Assembly: GCA_902825985.1 (NCBI GenBank)
Contig: CADEDC010000002.1
Span: 23,226 to 87,225, forward strand
Source: an uncultured Acidobacteriota bacterium
GTDB taxonomy: Bacteria; Acidobacteriota; Vicinamibacteria; Vicinamibacterales; CAVVIG01
Direction of reading: 5' to 3'
DNA length: 64,000 nucleotides
Part shown: piece after piece, positions 53,763 to 61,390 of the stretch
Layout: each line of letters opens with the position of its first letter
How positions within the stretch are numbered: the stretch's first letter is position 1
Notes under the pieces: generated by a model
The model's database searches: none
What the model was told of the DNA's origin: nothing
Seen by the model: only the letters and a program-made list of their open reading frames with translations
Position numbers and translations under genes: made by a program

Positions 53763-54840
53763 GTGGCCTCCTCTCCTCGAGCGGCACGATGAGGTCGCGT
53801 TCCCGGAGCGGCGCCCCTGCCGCCACTGGCCGGGCGGTGCGCCGGCCGATGAACTCGGCCAGGCGTCCGGCAACCACCGCATGTGCCGGCCGCAACGCCG
53901 TCAGGTCGGCCGCTTCGATGACGTGATCGGCGGGCAGCGCTCTGGCGACGTACAGTCCGCGCCGGCTGGGGATGACGTTGGCCGACTCGGCTGGCAGGCA
54001 GACCTTCTCGCCGCTGCCGAGGGCGGCGACGGCGCGCGCCGCGTCGCGAACCGCGGCCGCCAGTTCCGTCGGGTCGCTCGACACGGCATCGTCGATCGAG
54101 CCGTCGCCGTGGGCGAGGACCAGGTGGCGCTCGTACAGACAGGCGCCGAGGGCCACGGCCATCGGCACCGCACACGTGTCGTCGGCATGGTCGGACAGGC
54201 CGACCGGGACGCCCAGGGCGTCGGCGAGCGTCTGGATGGCGCGCAGGTTCTCGCTGCCGCGCGGGACGGGATAGGCGGACACACAATGGAGCATCGCGAC
54301 GTGCCGGGCCCCGGCCTGCCGGGCGATGCCGAGCGCGTGCGACGCATCGGTCCGGCTGCCCATCCCGGTGGAGATCACCAGCGGCAGCCCGGTCTGCCCG
54401 GCGCGGGCGATCAGCCCGTCCCACGTCAAGTCGCCGCTGGCGATCTTGATGGCGTCGACGCCGACGCGCTCGAGCAACGCGACGGCGTCGAGCGAGAACG
54501 GCGTCGCCATGACGGCCAGGCCGCGCTGGCGCGCACGCTGCACGATGGCGCGGTGCGCCGCTTCGTCCAGTTCGAACGCGGCGAAGAATCCACGCAGCGA
54601 GTCGCTGCGAACGTGCGCCGGAGCCGGGCAGGCGGCGGCGACCAGGTCGTCGGCGAACAGCGTCTGCAGCTTGATAGCCGAGGCGCCGGCGTCCGCCGCC
54701 GCATCGACGAGGGCCAGCGCCTTGTCGGCGACGCCGCCATGATTCAGGCCAATCTCGGCGATGACGAACAGCGGATGGCCGGCGCCGACCGGGCGTCCGC
54801 CTATCTCGAACTCGGGGCTACGACGATCACGCGACATCAC
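53749..54840 (-). CDS. neuB: NeuB-family nonulosonic acid synthase (PseI/LegI/NeuB-type) with C-terminal SAF domain
   Basis: 363 aa. FVIAEIGLNHGG, IKLQT, KIASGDLT, VISTGM, LHCVSAYP, GLSDH, and the C-terminal RRGLYVARALPADHVIEAADL. Confidence 0.9.
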   Translation of the reverse strand: MMSRDRRSPEFEIGGRPVGAGHPLFVIAEIGLNHGGVADKALALVDAAADAGASAIKLQTLFADDLVAAACPAPAHVRSDSLRGFFAAFELDEAAHRAIVQRARQRGLAVMATPFSLDAVALLERVGVDAIKIASGDLTWDGLIARAGQTGLPLVISTGMGSRTDASHALGIARQAGARHVAMLHCVSAYPVPRGSENLRAIQTLADALGVPVGLSDHADDTCAVPMAVALGACLYERHLVLAHGDGSIDDAVSSDPTELAAAVRDAARAVAALGSGEKVCLPAESANVIPSRRGLYVARALPADHVIEAADLTALRPAHAVVAGRLAEFIGRRTARPVAAGAPLRERDLIVPLEERRPRVVA

Positions 54841-55525
54841 GACTCCCTTCCCGTCGGCTCACCAGGCCGGCCACGGCGTCCGGCACCTCACGCATCGAGC
54901 GGACGACGGCGTCGGCGGCGCTGTGCCCGGCGACCCCCGGCTGACGGCTGACGCGCACGGTTCGCATCCCCAGCGCCGCGGCGCCGCGGATGTCGCACTC
55001 CTCGTTGTCGCCGACGAACACGGCGCGGTGGGGTCCGACACCCAACTGCGTCAACGCCGCGTCGAAAGGCTCACGATCGGGCTTGCCGCGCCCGGAGCCG
55101 CACTCACCGGCGAAGACGACGGCATCGACGAGCGGCCGCAGGCCGAGCGCCGCGATCTTGGCCGCCTGGACGCGGGGGGTGCCGTTCGTGACGACGGCGA
55201 GGCGCCAGTCGGGCCGCAACGCGGCGAGCGCCGCGCGCGACGCCGGCGGCAGGCGCAACGACGGCCGATGCGAACGGCTGACGTCGACCAGCGCCGTCGT
55301 CAGCGACTCGGGCCAGCCGTACAGCGCCAGGCACAGCTGGATCTCGCGGCCGCGCTGCGGCCCGCGGTAGGCACGCGACAGCCTGCGGAAGACGTCGCGC
55401 GCCGGCACGTCGAAGCGGGCACTCAAGTGTTGCGCCATCGCCGCGAACGCGCTGAGCACGAAGCGGCGCTGCGGATAGAGCGTGTCGTCGAGGTCGAAGA
55501 GCACCGCGCACCGGTTACGCAGCAT
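54827..55525 (-). CDS. HAD-superfamily hydrolase/phosphatase
   Basis: Trimmed from ORF 54827..55642; start at 55525. 232 aa. VLFDLDDTLY (motif I), VVTNG (II), GKPD...FVGDNEECDIRGA (III/IV). Confidence 0.85.
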   Translation of the reverse strand: MLRNRCAVLFDLDDTLYPQRRFVLSAFAAMAQHLSARFDVPARDVFRRLSRAYRGPQRGREIQLCLALYGWPESLTTALVDVSRSHRPSLRLPPASRAALAALRPDWRLAVVTNGTPRVQAAKIAALGLRPLVDAVVFAGECGSGRGKPDREPFDAALTQLGVGPHRAVFVGDNEECDIRGAAALGMRTVRVSRQPGVAGHSAADAVVRSMREVPDAVAGLVSRREGSRDVA

Positions 55526-56519
55526 GTCGACCACCCTTCGAATGGCGGGCCAGTTCGCGCACCCGGTCGGCGACGCGGAAGATGCCGCGGCCATCGACGA
55601 GCGCCTGCCCGGCTGCCGCCAGCCGCCGCATGCCGCGCGCATCGTGCAGCAGGTGCGCCAGTTGCGGCGCCAGCCGCGTCAGGTGACGGGGGTTGCTGGC
55701 GCTGCCGCCGTCGCGGAGCGCGCCGGCATCAGCCAGGGCACGGATGGTCAAGGCCTGGGCCGGCGTCAGGGCGATCCCGATCGCGGGCGTGCCGATGGCG
55801 CACGCCTCGTAGGCGGTGACACCGCCCGCCAGGACGGCGACGCTGGCGCGCGCCAGCTCCTCACCGAGGCCATGGCGCGCCATCACCCACTCGCCGTGGC
55901 GCAGCGGCGGCAACCGCTGGGCGTCGGTGAAGCCGGCGGCAATCCGCACGCGCAGTCCCGGGTGAGCGGCCGCCAGTGATGCCGAGAGCCGGGCCGCGAG
56001 CGCGAAGACGTAGCTGCCGCCGCCGAGCGCCAGCAGGACGCGCCGGGGCTCGACGATCGCCGGCCGCCGTTCGCGCCAGCGGACCACGTCCGGGTCGAGC
56101 ATGGCGTAGGCCGGTCCCCGCAGGTCGCCCAGCCGATCGCGCATCGCCCGGTGCGGGCGGACGCTGCCGTCGATCCCGAGGTCCGACGTGACATAGCCGA
56201 GCCCGAGGTCGTGCACGGTCGCGACCGGCACGCCGAGCCGGCGGGCACGGATCACCCAGGCGTCCGCGTGCTCCGCCGACGGGTCGTCGATGACGAGGAC
56301 GCACGGCCGGCCGCCGTCGCGCAGCGCCTGCGTCCCGTCGTCGGCCAGCGAGAATCCGAGACGCACCGCAGCCTGCCGCGTGCGCGCCGTACCACGCAGC
56401 GACACCAGCGGCGGCACGCCGAGGGCCCGCGCCAGTGACCGGCAGCGAATCAGGTGGCCAAACCCGAGGCGCGGACCGGCCGCCGCACGGAACAGGACGC
56501 GCAATTCGTGCGCCGCCAT
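55515..56519 (-). CDS. pseG: PseG-like UDP-sugar hydrolase (GT28 C-terminal-like fold)
   Basis: C-terminal 334 aa of ORF 55515..57506. RAAAGPRLGFGHLIRCRSLARAL matches the PseG G.GH..RC..LA motif. The C-terminal half (LLALGGG...VLAGGVTAYEACAIGTPAI) is GT-B like. Confidence 0.7.
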   Translation of the reverse strand: MAAHELRVLFRAAAGPRLGFGHLIRCRSLARALGVPPLVSLRGTARTRQAAVRLGFSLADDGTQALRDGGRPCVLVIDDPSAEHADAWVIRARRLGVPVATVHDLGLGYVTSDLGIDGSVRPHRAMRDRLGDLRGPAYAMLDPDVVRWRERRPAIVEPRRVLLALGGGSYVFALAARLSASLAAAHPGLRVRIAAGFTDAQRLPPLRHGEWVMARHGLGEELARASVAVLAGGVTAYEACAIGTPAIGIALTPAQALTIRALADAGALRDGGSASNPRHLTRLAPQLAHLLHDARGMRRLAAAGQALVDGRGIFRVADRVRELARHSKGGRHAA

Positions 56520-56521
56520 GA

Positions 56522-57685
56522 CTAGCGCAGCCTCCGCACGTGGCGGCGCACCGCCGCGATCACGGCGTCGACGTCGGCCTCGCGCATGCCGGCCGACAGC
56601 GGCAGCGACAGCGTACAGTCCGAGACGCGTTCCGCCACTGGCCACATGCCGCGGCGGAATCCGAAGGTTTCGGCGTAGTAGGTGAAGAGGTGCACGGCGC
56701 GGAAGTGCACGCTGGTCATGATGCCGCTCTCGCGCAGTGCCGCCGCGAGCGCATCGCGGCTCCAGCCCGACTCGGGTTCGACCAGCACCGTGTACAGGTG
56801 CCGCGCGTGCCGGTCGCCGGCGGCGACCGGTGCCGGACGGGTCAACGGCAGATCGGAGAACGCCTCGTCGTAGCGCTGCCAGATGGCGTCGCGGCGGCGC
56901 CATCGCTCGTCCAGACGCGCGAGCTGCACGAGGCCGATCGCGGCCATGACATCCGGCATGTTGTACTTGAAGCCGGGCGTCACGACGTCGTACAGCGCGG
57001 TCCCGGTGCGCGCGTAGCGTGTCCAGCCGTCGCGGCTCATGCCGTGCAGCGACATCCGCCGGGCGGTGTCGGCCCAGGCGGCCGAATGCGTCGTCAGCAT
57101 GCCCCCTTCGCCGGTCGTCAGGTTCTTCGTCGCGTAGAAGCTGAAGCAGGTGAAGTCGGCGGTTCCGCCAATCTTCGCCCCCGCCGACCGGCCTTCGACG
57201 CAGTGGGCGGCATCCTCGATGATCCGGGCGTCGTGGCGGAGGCCGAGCGCGGCGAACGCCGTGGTGTCCACCGGCCGCCCGGCGTAGTGCACCGGAATGA
57301 TCGCCCGCGTCCGCCCGGTGATCGCGGCGTCGACGGCGGCGGGATCGAGGTTCCAGGTCGTCGAATCGATGTCGGCGAAGCGCGGTGTCGCGCCGACGTG
57401 CACCACGGTGTTGGCCGTCGCACAGAAGGTGAGCGGCGTCGTGATCACGTCGTCGCCAGGGCCGACGCCGGCGGCGAGCAGCGACAGGTGCAGCGCCGCC
57501 GTGCACGAGTTGACGGCCACGGCGTGATCGACGCCGACGTAGGTGGCGAATGCCCGCTCGAATTCCTTGACGCGTGGACCGCTCGACAGCCAGCCGGACT
57601 CGAGCGCGGCGACGGCGGCCGCAATCTCCTCCGCGCCGATGACCGGCGGGGCGAAGTCCACGGCGGCGCCTGGCGGCGGCGACAT
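56522..57685 (-). CDS. DegT/PseC-family PLP-dependent sugar aminotransferase (copy 2)
   Basis: Trimmed from ORF 56522..57859; start at 57685. 387 aa. GWLSSGPRVKEFE, NSCTAALHLSL, FSFYATKNLTTGEGG. Confidence 0.9.
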   Translation of the reverse strand: MSPPPGAAVDFAPPVIGAEEIAAAVAALESGWLSSGPRVKEFERAFATYVGVDHAVAVNSCTAALHLSLLAAGVGPGDDVITTPLTFCATANTVVHVGATPRFADIDSTTWNLDPAAVDAAITGRTRAIIPVHYAGRPVDTTAFAALGLRHDARIIEDAAHCVEGRSAGAKIGGTADFTCFSFYATKNLTTGEGGMLTTHSAAWADTARRMSLHGMSRDGWTRYARTGTALYDVVTPGFKYNMPDVMAAIGLVQLARLDERWRRRDAIWQRYDEAFSDLPLTRPAPVAAGDRHARHLYTVLVEPESGWSRDALAAALRESGIMTSVHFRAVHLFTYYAETFGFRRGMWPVAERVSDCTLSLPLSAGMREADVDAVIAAVRRHVRRLR

Positions 57686-58206
57686 CAGTGCCGCCCCTCG
57701 ATTCCCAGGTCGATGGTTGCCAGCTCGCGGGCCGGGCTCGGCGGCTTGCCGGCCCGGGCGCTGGCGTGGGCCAGCATGGCGGCGGCGAGATGCACGCGGC
57801 AGCCGGCCCGTTCGACGCCGTCGACCTGCAGGAACGGCGCCCGCCAGGTCAGGCGACACGGCCGCCAGCCGTAGTCGAGGTCGGCGCCGTTCAGCACGTC
57901 GACGAGCGTCCCGTCGAGATCGAAGATCTGCACGCGCGCGTTGCCGTAGTCGGCGACCGCCAGCCAGTAGCCGTCGGCCGGCTCGATCCCGGTGTCTTCG
58001 TCGAACGTCGGTGCGACGAGTGCGAGATCCAGCGGGACGTCGAAGGTCCCGAGGGCGGTACCGCGACGGCCGATGGTGAACAGCTCGTCGCCGGTCGCGG
58101 CGGCGGTGACGACGATGCGATGACCGCTCAGGTCGACGCGATAGGTCCGCACCTCCCCGGTGCGCAGCGTGACGCGCACCGAGCCGTGATCGAAGGGCGC
58201 GCTCAT
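57685..58206 (-). CDS. Small hypothetical protein with NHL-repeat-like segments
   Basis: 173 aa. GRRGTALGTFDVPLDLAL and YWLAVADYGNARVQIFDLDGTLV resemble NHL blades (VAD..N.R.Q.F...G). Overlaps both neighbours, by 1 nt with pseC (57685) and by an ATGA (58203-58206) with 58203..58811. Confidence 0.5.
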   Translation of the reverse strand: MSAPFDHGSVRVTLRTGEVRTYRVDLSGHRIVVTAAATGDELFTIGRRGTALGTFDVPLDLALVAPTFDEDTGIEPADGYWLAVADYGNARVQIFDLDGTLVDVLNGADLDYGWRPCRLTWRAPFLQVDGVERAGCRVHLAAAMLAHASARAGKPPSPARELATIDLGIEGRH

Positions 58207-58811
58207 GCGGCCTCCCGCAGTTCCTCGAGACGATCGAAGAGCGCGTGCCAGCGGCGAATCGCCGGCCGCAGCTCCTCCTCGAGACAGATGGCGGTGCGGG
58301 CCCAGTCGCCGACGGACTGCCAGGTGCGCAGGGCGCGCAGGGCGGTGCCGACCGGATTCGTGATGTCGGCCGCCGGCACCATCGACGGCCGGCCGGTTTC
58401 GAGCGTGATCACGTCCGCCATCGCGCCGGTGAGCACGGTCAGCGCCCGCACGGCTTCGACCAGGTCGCCCAGCTCCCGGCTGGCCGTGTCGGGATCGTCA
58501 CGGAACTTGATCGCGACGCGGGTGATTGTCGTTTCGAGCAACCCGATGCTGTTCCGGGCGGTCGTCATCGTGTCCGCCAGCAGCCGAGAGGCGCTGCTGC
58601 TCTCGATCTCAATCTTTCCCATCGTTGCCAACCCTCGGTCCAGGTCACCTTGTCCGCGAAATGACGGCCGGACGACACCGTCGAATCGGACTGCCGTCAC
58701 GATGCGACCGCGGATACGGAGGCGCCTCTCGACCGCTTTGAGCAAATTGCCCCAGTTTTGGCGTGAATGCGGCGCCCATTGCTGTTGGTGGTCGAGCACG
58801 TATCCGGTCAT
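58203..58811 (-). CDS. Hypothetical protein, right-hand member of the paralog pair; first gene of the 17-gene operon
   Basis: Trimmed from ORF 58203..58988; start at 58811 (MTGYVLDHQ). 202 aa, homologous over its length to 29500..30102. Confidence 0.65.
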   Translation of the reverse strand: MTGYVLDHQQQWAPHSRQNWGNLLKAVERRLRIRGRIVTAVRFDGVVRPSFRGQGDLDRGLATMGKIEIESSSASRLLADTMTTARNSIGLLETTITRVAIKFRDDPDTASRELGDLVEAVRALTVLTGAMADVITLETGRPSMVPAADITNPVGTALRALRTWQSVGDWARTAICLEEELRPAIRRWHALFDRLEELREAA

Positions 58812-58833
58812 CGCGGGGTCCCGTCGGAGACAG

Positions 58834-58850
58834 GAGCGAGAAGGCTGCCA
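58834..58850 (-). promoter_or_regulatory. Candidate sigma-54-like -24/-12 promoter for the glycosylation operon
   Basis: The minus strand reads TGGCAGCCTTCTCGCTC, with GG-N10-GC spacing. It is 14/17 identical to the + strand motif at 59914-59930. It lies 23-39 nt upstream of the ATG at 58811. Confidence 0.4.
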
Positions 58851-58933
58851 CATGCCGCGGCAGGTGGCGGGCGCCCGCCGGCACGCCGACCGCCGGAACT
58901 GCACGCCGACCGTCGGCCGGCGCGGCTGTCCGC

Positions 58934-58960
58934 TAAAGCTCCGGCCGGCTCCTCCGATTA
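58934..58960 (+). promoter_or_regulatory. Sigma-28 (FliA) promoter of fliC
   Basis: TAAA(58934-37)-N15-TCCGATTA(58953-60) against the consensus TAAA-N15-GCCGATAA. About 75 nt upstream of the fliC ATG. Confidence 0.6.
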
Positions 58961-58994
58961 CTGGCCCAGCAAGGTGACACGTCGTCACAGGCAG

Positions 58995-59028
58995 CCGGCA
59001 AGGACGCCGGTTCCACAGTCACGGAGGA
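58995..59028 (+). promoter_or_regulatory. Putative CsrA binding sites in the fliC leader (GGA in a hairpin loop plus GGA overlapping the SD)
   Basis: Hairpin CCGGC-AAGGAC-GCCGG (58995-59010) presents AAGGA in its loop. The second site ACGGAGGA (59021-28) is the Shine-Dalgarno sequence, 8 nt before the ATG. Confidence 0.45.
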
Positions 59029-59035
59029 TTCACAC

Positions 59036-59833
59036 ATGGCTTCTTTTTCAGTCGTCAGCAACGTTTCGGCCTCGAATGCCCAGGCCAACCTCGTCAACAC
59101 GAACCTGCAGCTGCAGCGCACCATCACGCGTCTGTCGAGCGGCTTCCGCATCAACCAGTCCGGCGACGATGCGGCCGGCCTGGCGGTGGCCAACAGCTAT
59201 CGTTCGACGCAGGCCGTGCTCAACCAGGGCATCCGGAACGCCAATGACGGCCTGTCGACCCTGCAGATCAAGGACTCGGCCCTCAACAACGTCGGCAACC
59301 TGCTCGATCGTCTTGCGACCCTGGCGACCCAGTCGGCGTCGGCCGGCTTCACGGGTTCGCGCACGGTGCTGAACACGGAATTCCAGGACGTCCTCACGGA
59401 AATCACGCGCGAAGTCAACGCCGCGGGCATCAACGCCTCGCAGGGCTTCTCGGTGTTCATCGCGTCGGGCGCCAACGGCACGGTCGGCGGCACCATCGGC
59501 GCGGCAGACACCACGACACTCGGCATCAACGCGTCCACCATCGATACGGCCGCCAACGCCGCCACCGCTGTCACCGCGGTGACCACCGCGGTGGCGACGC
59601 TCGGTGGGGTCGTCGGCAGCATCGGTACGATTCAGAACCGGCTGTCCTACGCCATCTCGCTGGCGCAGCAGCAGGTGGTGTCGAACCAGGCGGCGGAAAG
59701 CCGGATCCGTGACGCGAACGTGGCGGCGGAGTCCGCGAACCTGACCCGCTACACCATCCTGACGCAGAGCGGTATTGCGTCCCTGGCGCAGGCCAACCAG
59801 CAGAGCTCGTCGGTCCTCTCGCTGTTGCGGTAA
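59036..59833 (+). CDS. fliC: Flagellin (short, D0/D1-only type)
   Basis: 265 aa. N-terminal LSSGFRINQSGDDAAGLAVAN and C-terminal IQNRLSYAISLAQQQVVSNQAAESRIRDANVAAESANLTRYTILTQSG...SLLR. Confidence 0.95.
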   Translation: MASFSVVSNVSASNAQANLVNTNLQLQRTITRLSSGFRINQSGDDAAGLAVANSYRSTQAVLNQGIRNANDGLSTLQIKDSALNNVGNLLDRLATLATQSASAGFTGSRTVLNTEFQDVLTEITREVNAAGINASQGFSVFIASGANGTVGGTIGAADTTTLGINASTIDTAANAATAVTAVTTAVATLGGVVGSIGTIQNRLSYAISLAQQQVVSNQAAESRIRDANVAAESANLTRYTILTQSGIASLAQANQQSSSVLSLLR

Positions 59834-59846
59834 GTGTCGGTTCGTC

Positions 59847-59881
59847 GACGGGTGGTGGCCGGTATACGGTCATCGCCCGTC
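59847..59881 (+). terminator. Candidate fliC terminator/attenuator hairpin
   Basis: GACGGGTGGTGGCCG-GTATA-CGGTCATCGCCCGTC forms a 15-bp stem (12 Watson-Crick, 3 G-U) with a 5-nt loop. It starts 14 nt after the stop. A pyrimidine-rich tract follows, but no clean U-run. Confidence 0.5.
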
Positions 59882-59913
59882 CCTCTTCCTCAGGCGGCGG
59901 AGCCCCAGGAACG

Positions 59914-59930
59914 TGGCAACGTTCTCGCTT
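59914..59930 (+). promoter_or_regulatory. Candidate sigma-54-like -24/-12 promoter for fliD-fliS
   Basis: TGGCAACGTTCTCGCTT, with GG-N10-GC spacing. It lies ~57-73 nt upstream of the fliD ATG and is the twin of the motif at 58834-58850. Confidence 0.4.
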
Positions 59931-59986
59931 AACCGATCGGGCCGACATACTTCGCACCCGATCCTTCGGCGCAGGAGCGTGACAAC

Positions 59987-61360
59987 ATGGGTTCCCCGAT
60001 CACCTTTAGCGGCTTCAACAACATCGACTTCAGCACGGTGCTCAACGCGCTGATGACGCAGGCGGCGATCCCGCTCAACCAGCTCCAGGCCCGGCAGTCG
60101 GCGCTTCAGAAGCAACAGACCAATTTCGAGACACTGTCGTCGAAACTGGCGGCGATCAGCAGTGCGTCGACCGCCCTGGCGGATCCGGCCACGCTGCGCA
60201 GCGCCACGGCGACGACGACCGACGCCGCCGCGCTCGCCATCTCCGCCTCGGGATCGACGCTGCCCGGCCACTACGACGTGGTGGTGCGCGAACTGGCACG
60301 CAGCCAGGTCACCGCGAGCGCCACGACGACGCCGGACGCCGATACCACCGCCGTCGCCACCGCCGGGGCGCTCGAGATCGCCGGCATCCAGATCACCGTG
60401 TCGCAGCCGGTCACGCTGCGGCAGCTCGCCGAGGCGATCAATGCGTCGGAGGCTCCGGTCACGGCGACCGTCGTCGCCTCCGGGACGTCGCAGTACCGGC
60501 TCGTCCTCACCGCCTCCGCGTCGGGCGTCGACAACGCCTTCACCGTCGGCAACACGCTGTCGGGCGGGTCCGGCGTCACGTTCACCGACACCGACGGGGA
60601 CGGGGTCAGCGGCGACACCGCCGCCGACAACGCCGTTCAGGCGCTCGACGCCGACGTGACGGTGAACAACATCCAGATCACGAGCTCCAGCAACACGCTG
60701 ACCGAGGCGATTCCCGGGGCGACGCTGACGCTCCTGCGACGGGATCCGGCGGCGACCATCGGCATCGATGTCGCCTCGGATTCCACGGCGACGCGGACGA
60801 CGCTCCAGAGCTTCGTGACGGCGTACAACGCGTTTGCCAGCTTCTATACGACGCAGGCAACCGCGGCGCGCGGCGGCGACGAGTCGAGCATCGGCCGCAA
60901 TCCGATGGTGCGCGGGCTGCAAACCGACATCCGGAACAGCCTGCTCCAGGCCCAGACGACCGGCGGGCGGTACACGAACCTGTCGCAAATCGGCCTCGAA
61001 TTCAGCCGGACCGGTCAGTTGCAGCTCAACGAGGCGACGTTCAACGCCGCCATGTCCGCCGATCCGGACGCGGTCCGCTCGCTGCTGTCGGGCGCCGGCG
61101 GCACGAGCGCCTTCGAGCGGGTCGCGACGACGCTGGAGACCTACACCAGCGGCTCCGGGCTGATCTCGGGCGTCAAGCAGCAGCTGACGGCCAGCATCTC
61201 GCGTCTCGGCACCCAGATCGACGCGATGACCCGGCGCCTGCTCACGCAGCGGGCGACGATGCAGCGCGAATTCGTCGAAGCGGAAGCCGCCATGACCCGA
61301 TTGAAGAATCAGAGCGGCAATCTCGGATCGCTCAGCACCAATCTGACCTCGGCCATCTAG
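59987..61360 (+). CDS. fliD: Flagellar filament cap protein FliD
   Basis: 457 aa. N-terminal ITFSGFNNIDFSTVLNALM...LQ.RQ...Q, and the C-terminal coiled coil (QREFVEAEAAMTRLKNQ) typical of FliD. AGGAG precedes the ATG. Confidence 0.9.
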   Translation: MGSPITFSGFNNIDFSTVLNALMTQAAIPLNQLQARQSALQKQQTNFETLSSKLAAISSASTALADPATLRSATATTTDAAALAISASGSTLPGHYDVVVRELARSQVTASATTTPDADTTAVATAGALEIAGIQITVSQPVTLRQLAEAINASEAPVTATVVASGTSQYRLVLTASASGVDNAFTVGNTLSGGSGVTFTDTDGDGVSGDTAADNAVQALDADVTVNNIQITSSSNTLTEAIPGATLTLLRRDPAATIGIDVASDSTATRTTLQSFVTAYNAFASFYTTQATAARGGDESSIGRNPMVRGLQTDIRNSLLQAQTTGGRYTNLSQIGLEFSRTGQLQLNEATFNAAMSADPDAVRSLLSGAGGTSAFERVATTLETYTSGSGLISGVKQQLTASISRLGTQIDAMTRRLLTQRATMQREFVEAEAAMTRLKNQSGNLGSLSTNLTSAI

Positions 61361-61390
61361 GCCGCGCCGCCGCAGGGAGAACAGGTTCGA

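Noticed and set aside
41290-57859. N-terminal extensions of tracked ORFs (41290..44823, 44337..45833, 52033..53403, 52755..53882, 55515..57506, 56522..57859; also 21795..22634, 22457..22963, 26882..27922, 28648..29544, 38063..40051 and 39795..41306).
   Set aside because: The upstream parts are low-complexity read-through into the preceding gene in another frame. In each case an internal ATG/GTG coincides with the start of the homologous domain and with a 1-14 nt overlap with, or short gap (2-11 nt) after, the upstream stop. I therefore used the trimmed coordinates.
29500-58811. Whether the glycosylation island is a horizontally acquired mobile island.
   Set aside because: I saw no integrase, transposase, tRNA or flanking direct repeats. 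Base composition and codon style look the same as the flanks by eye. The bracketing paralogs are diverged proteins, not DNA repeats. A proper GC-skew or k-mer analysis was not possible here.
59036-59833. N-x-S/T sequons in flagellin (INAS twice, NGT) as possible N-glycosylation sites.
   Set aside because: No PglB-type oligosaccharyltransferase lies in the window, and the sequons lack the bacterial D/E-x-N-x-S/T acidic residue. Maf-type systems O-glycosylate Ser/Thr. The sequons are probably incidental.
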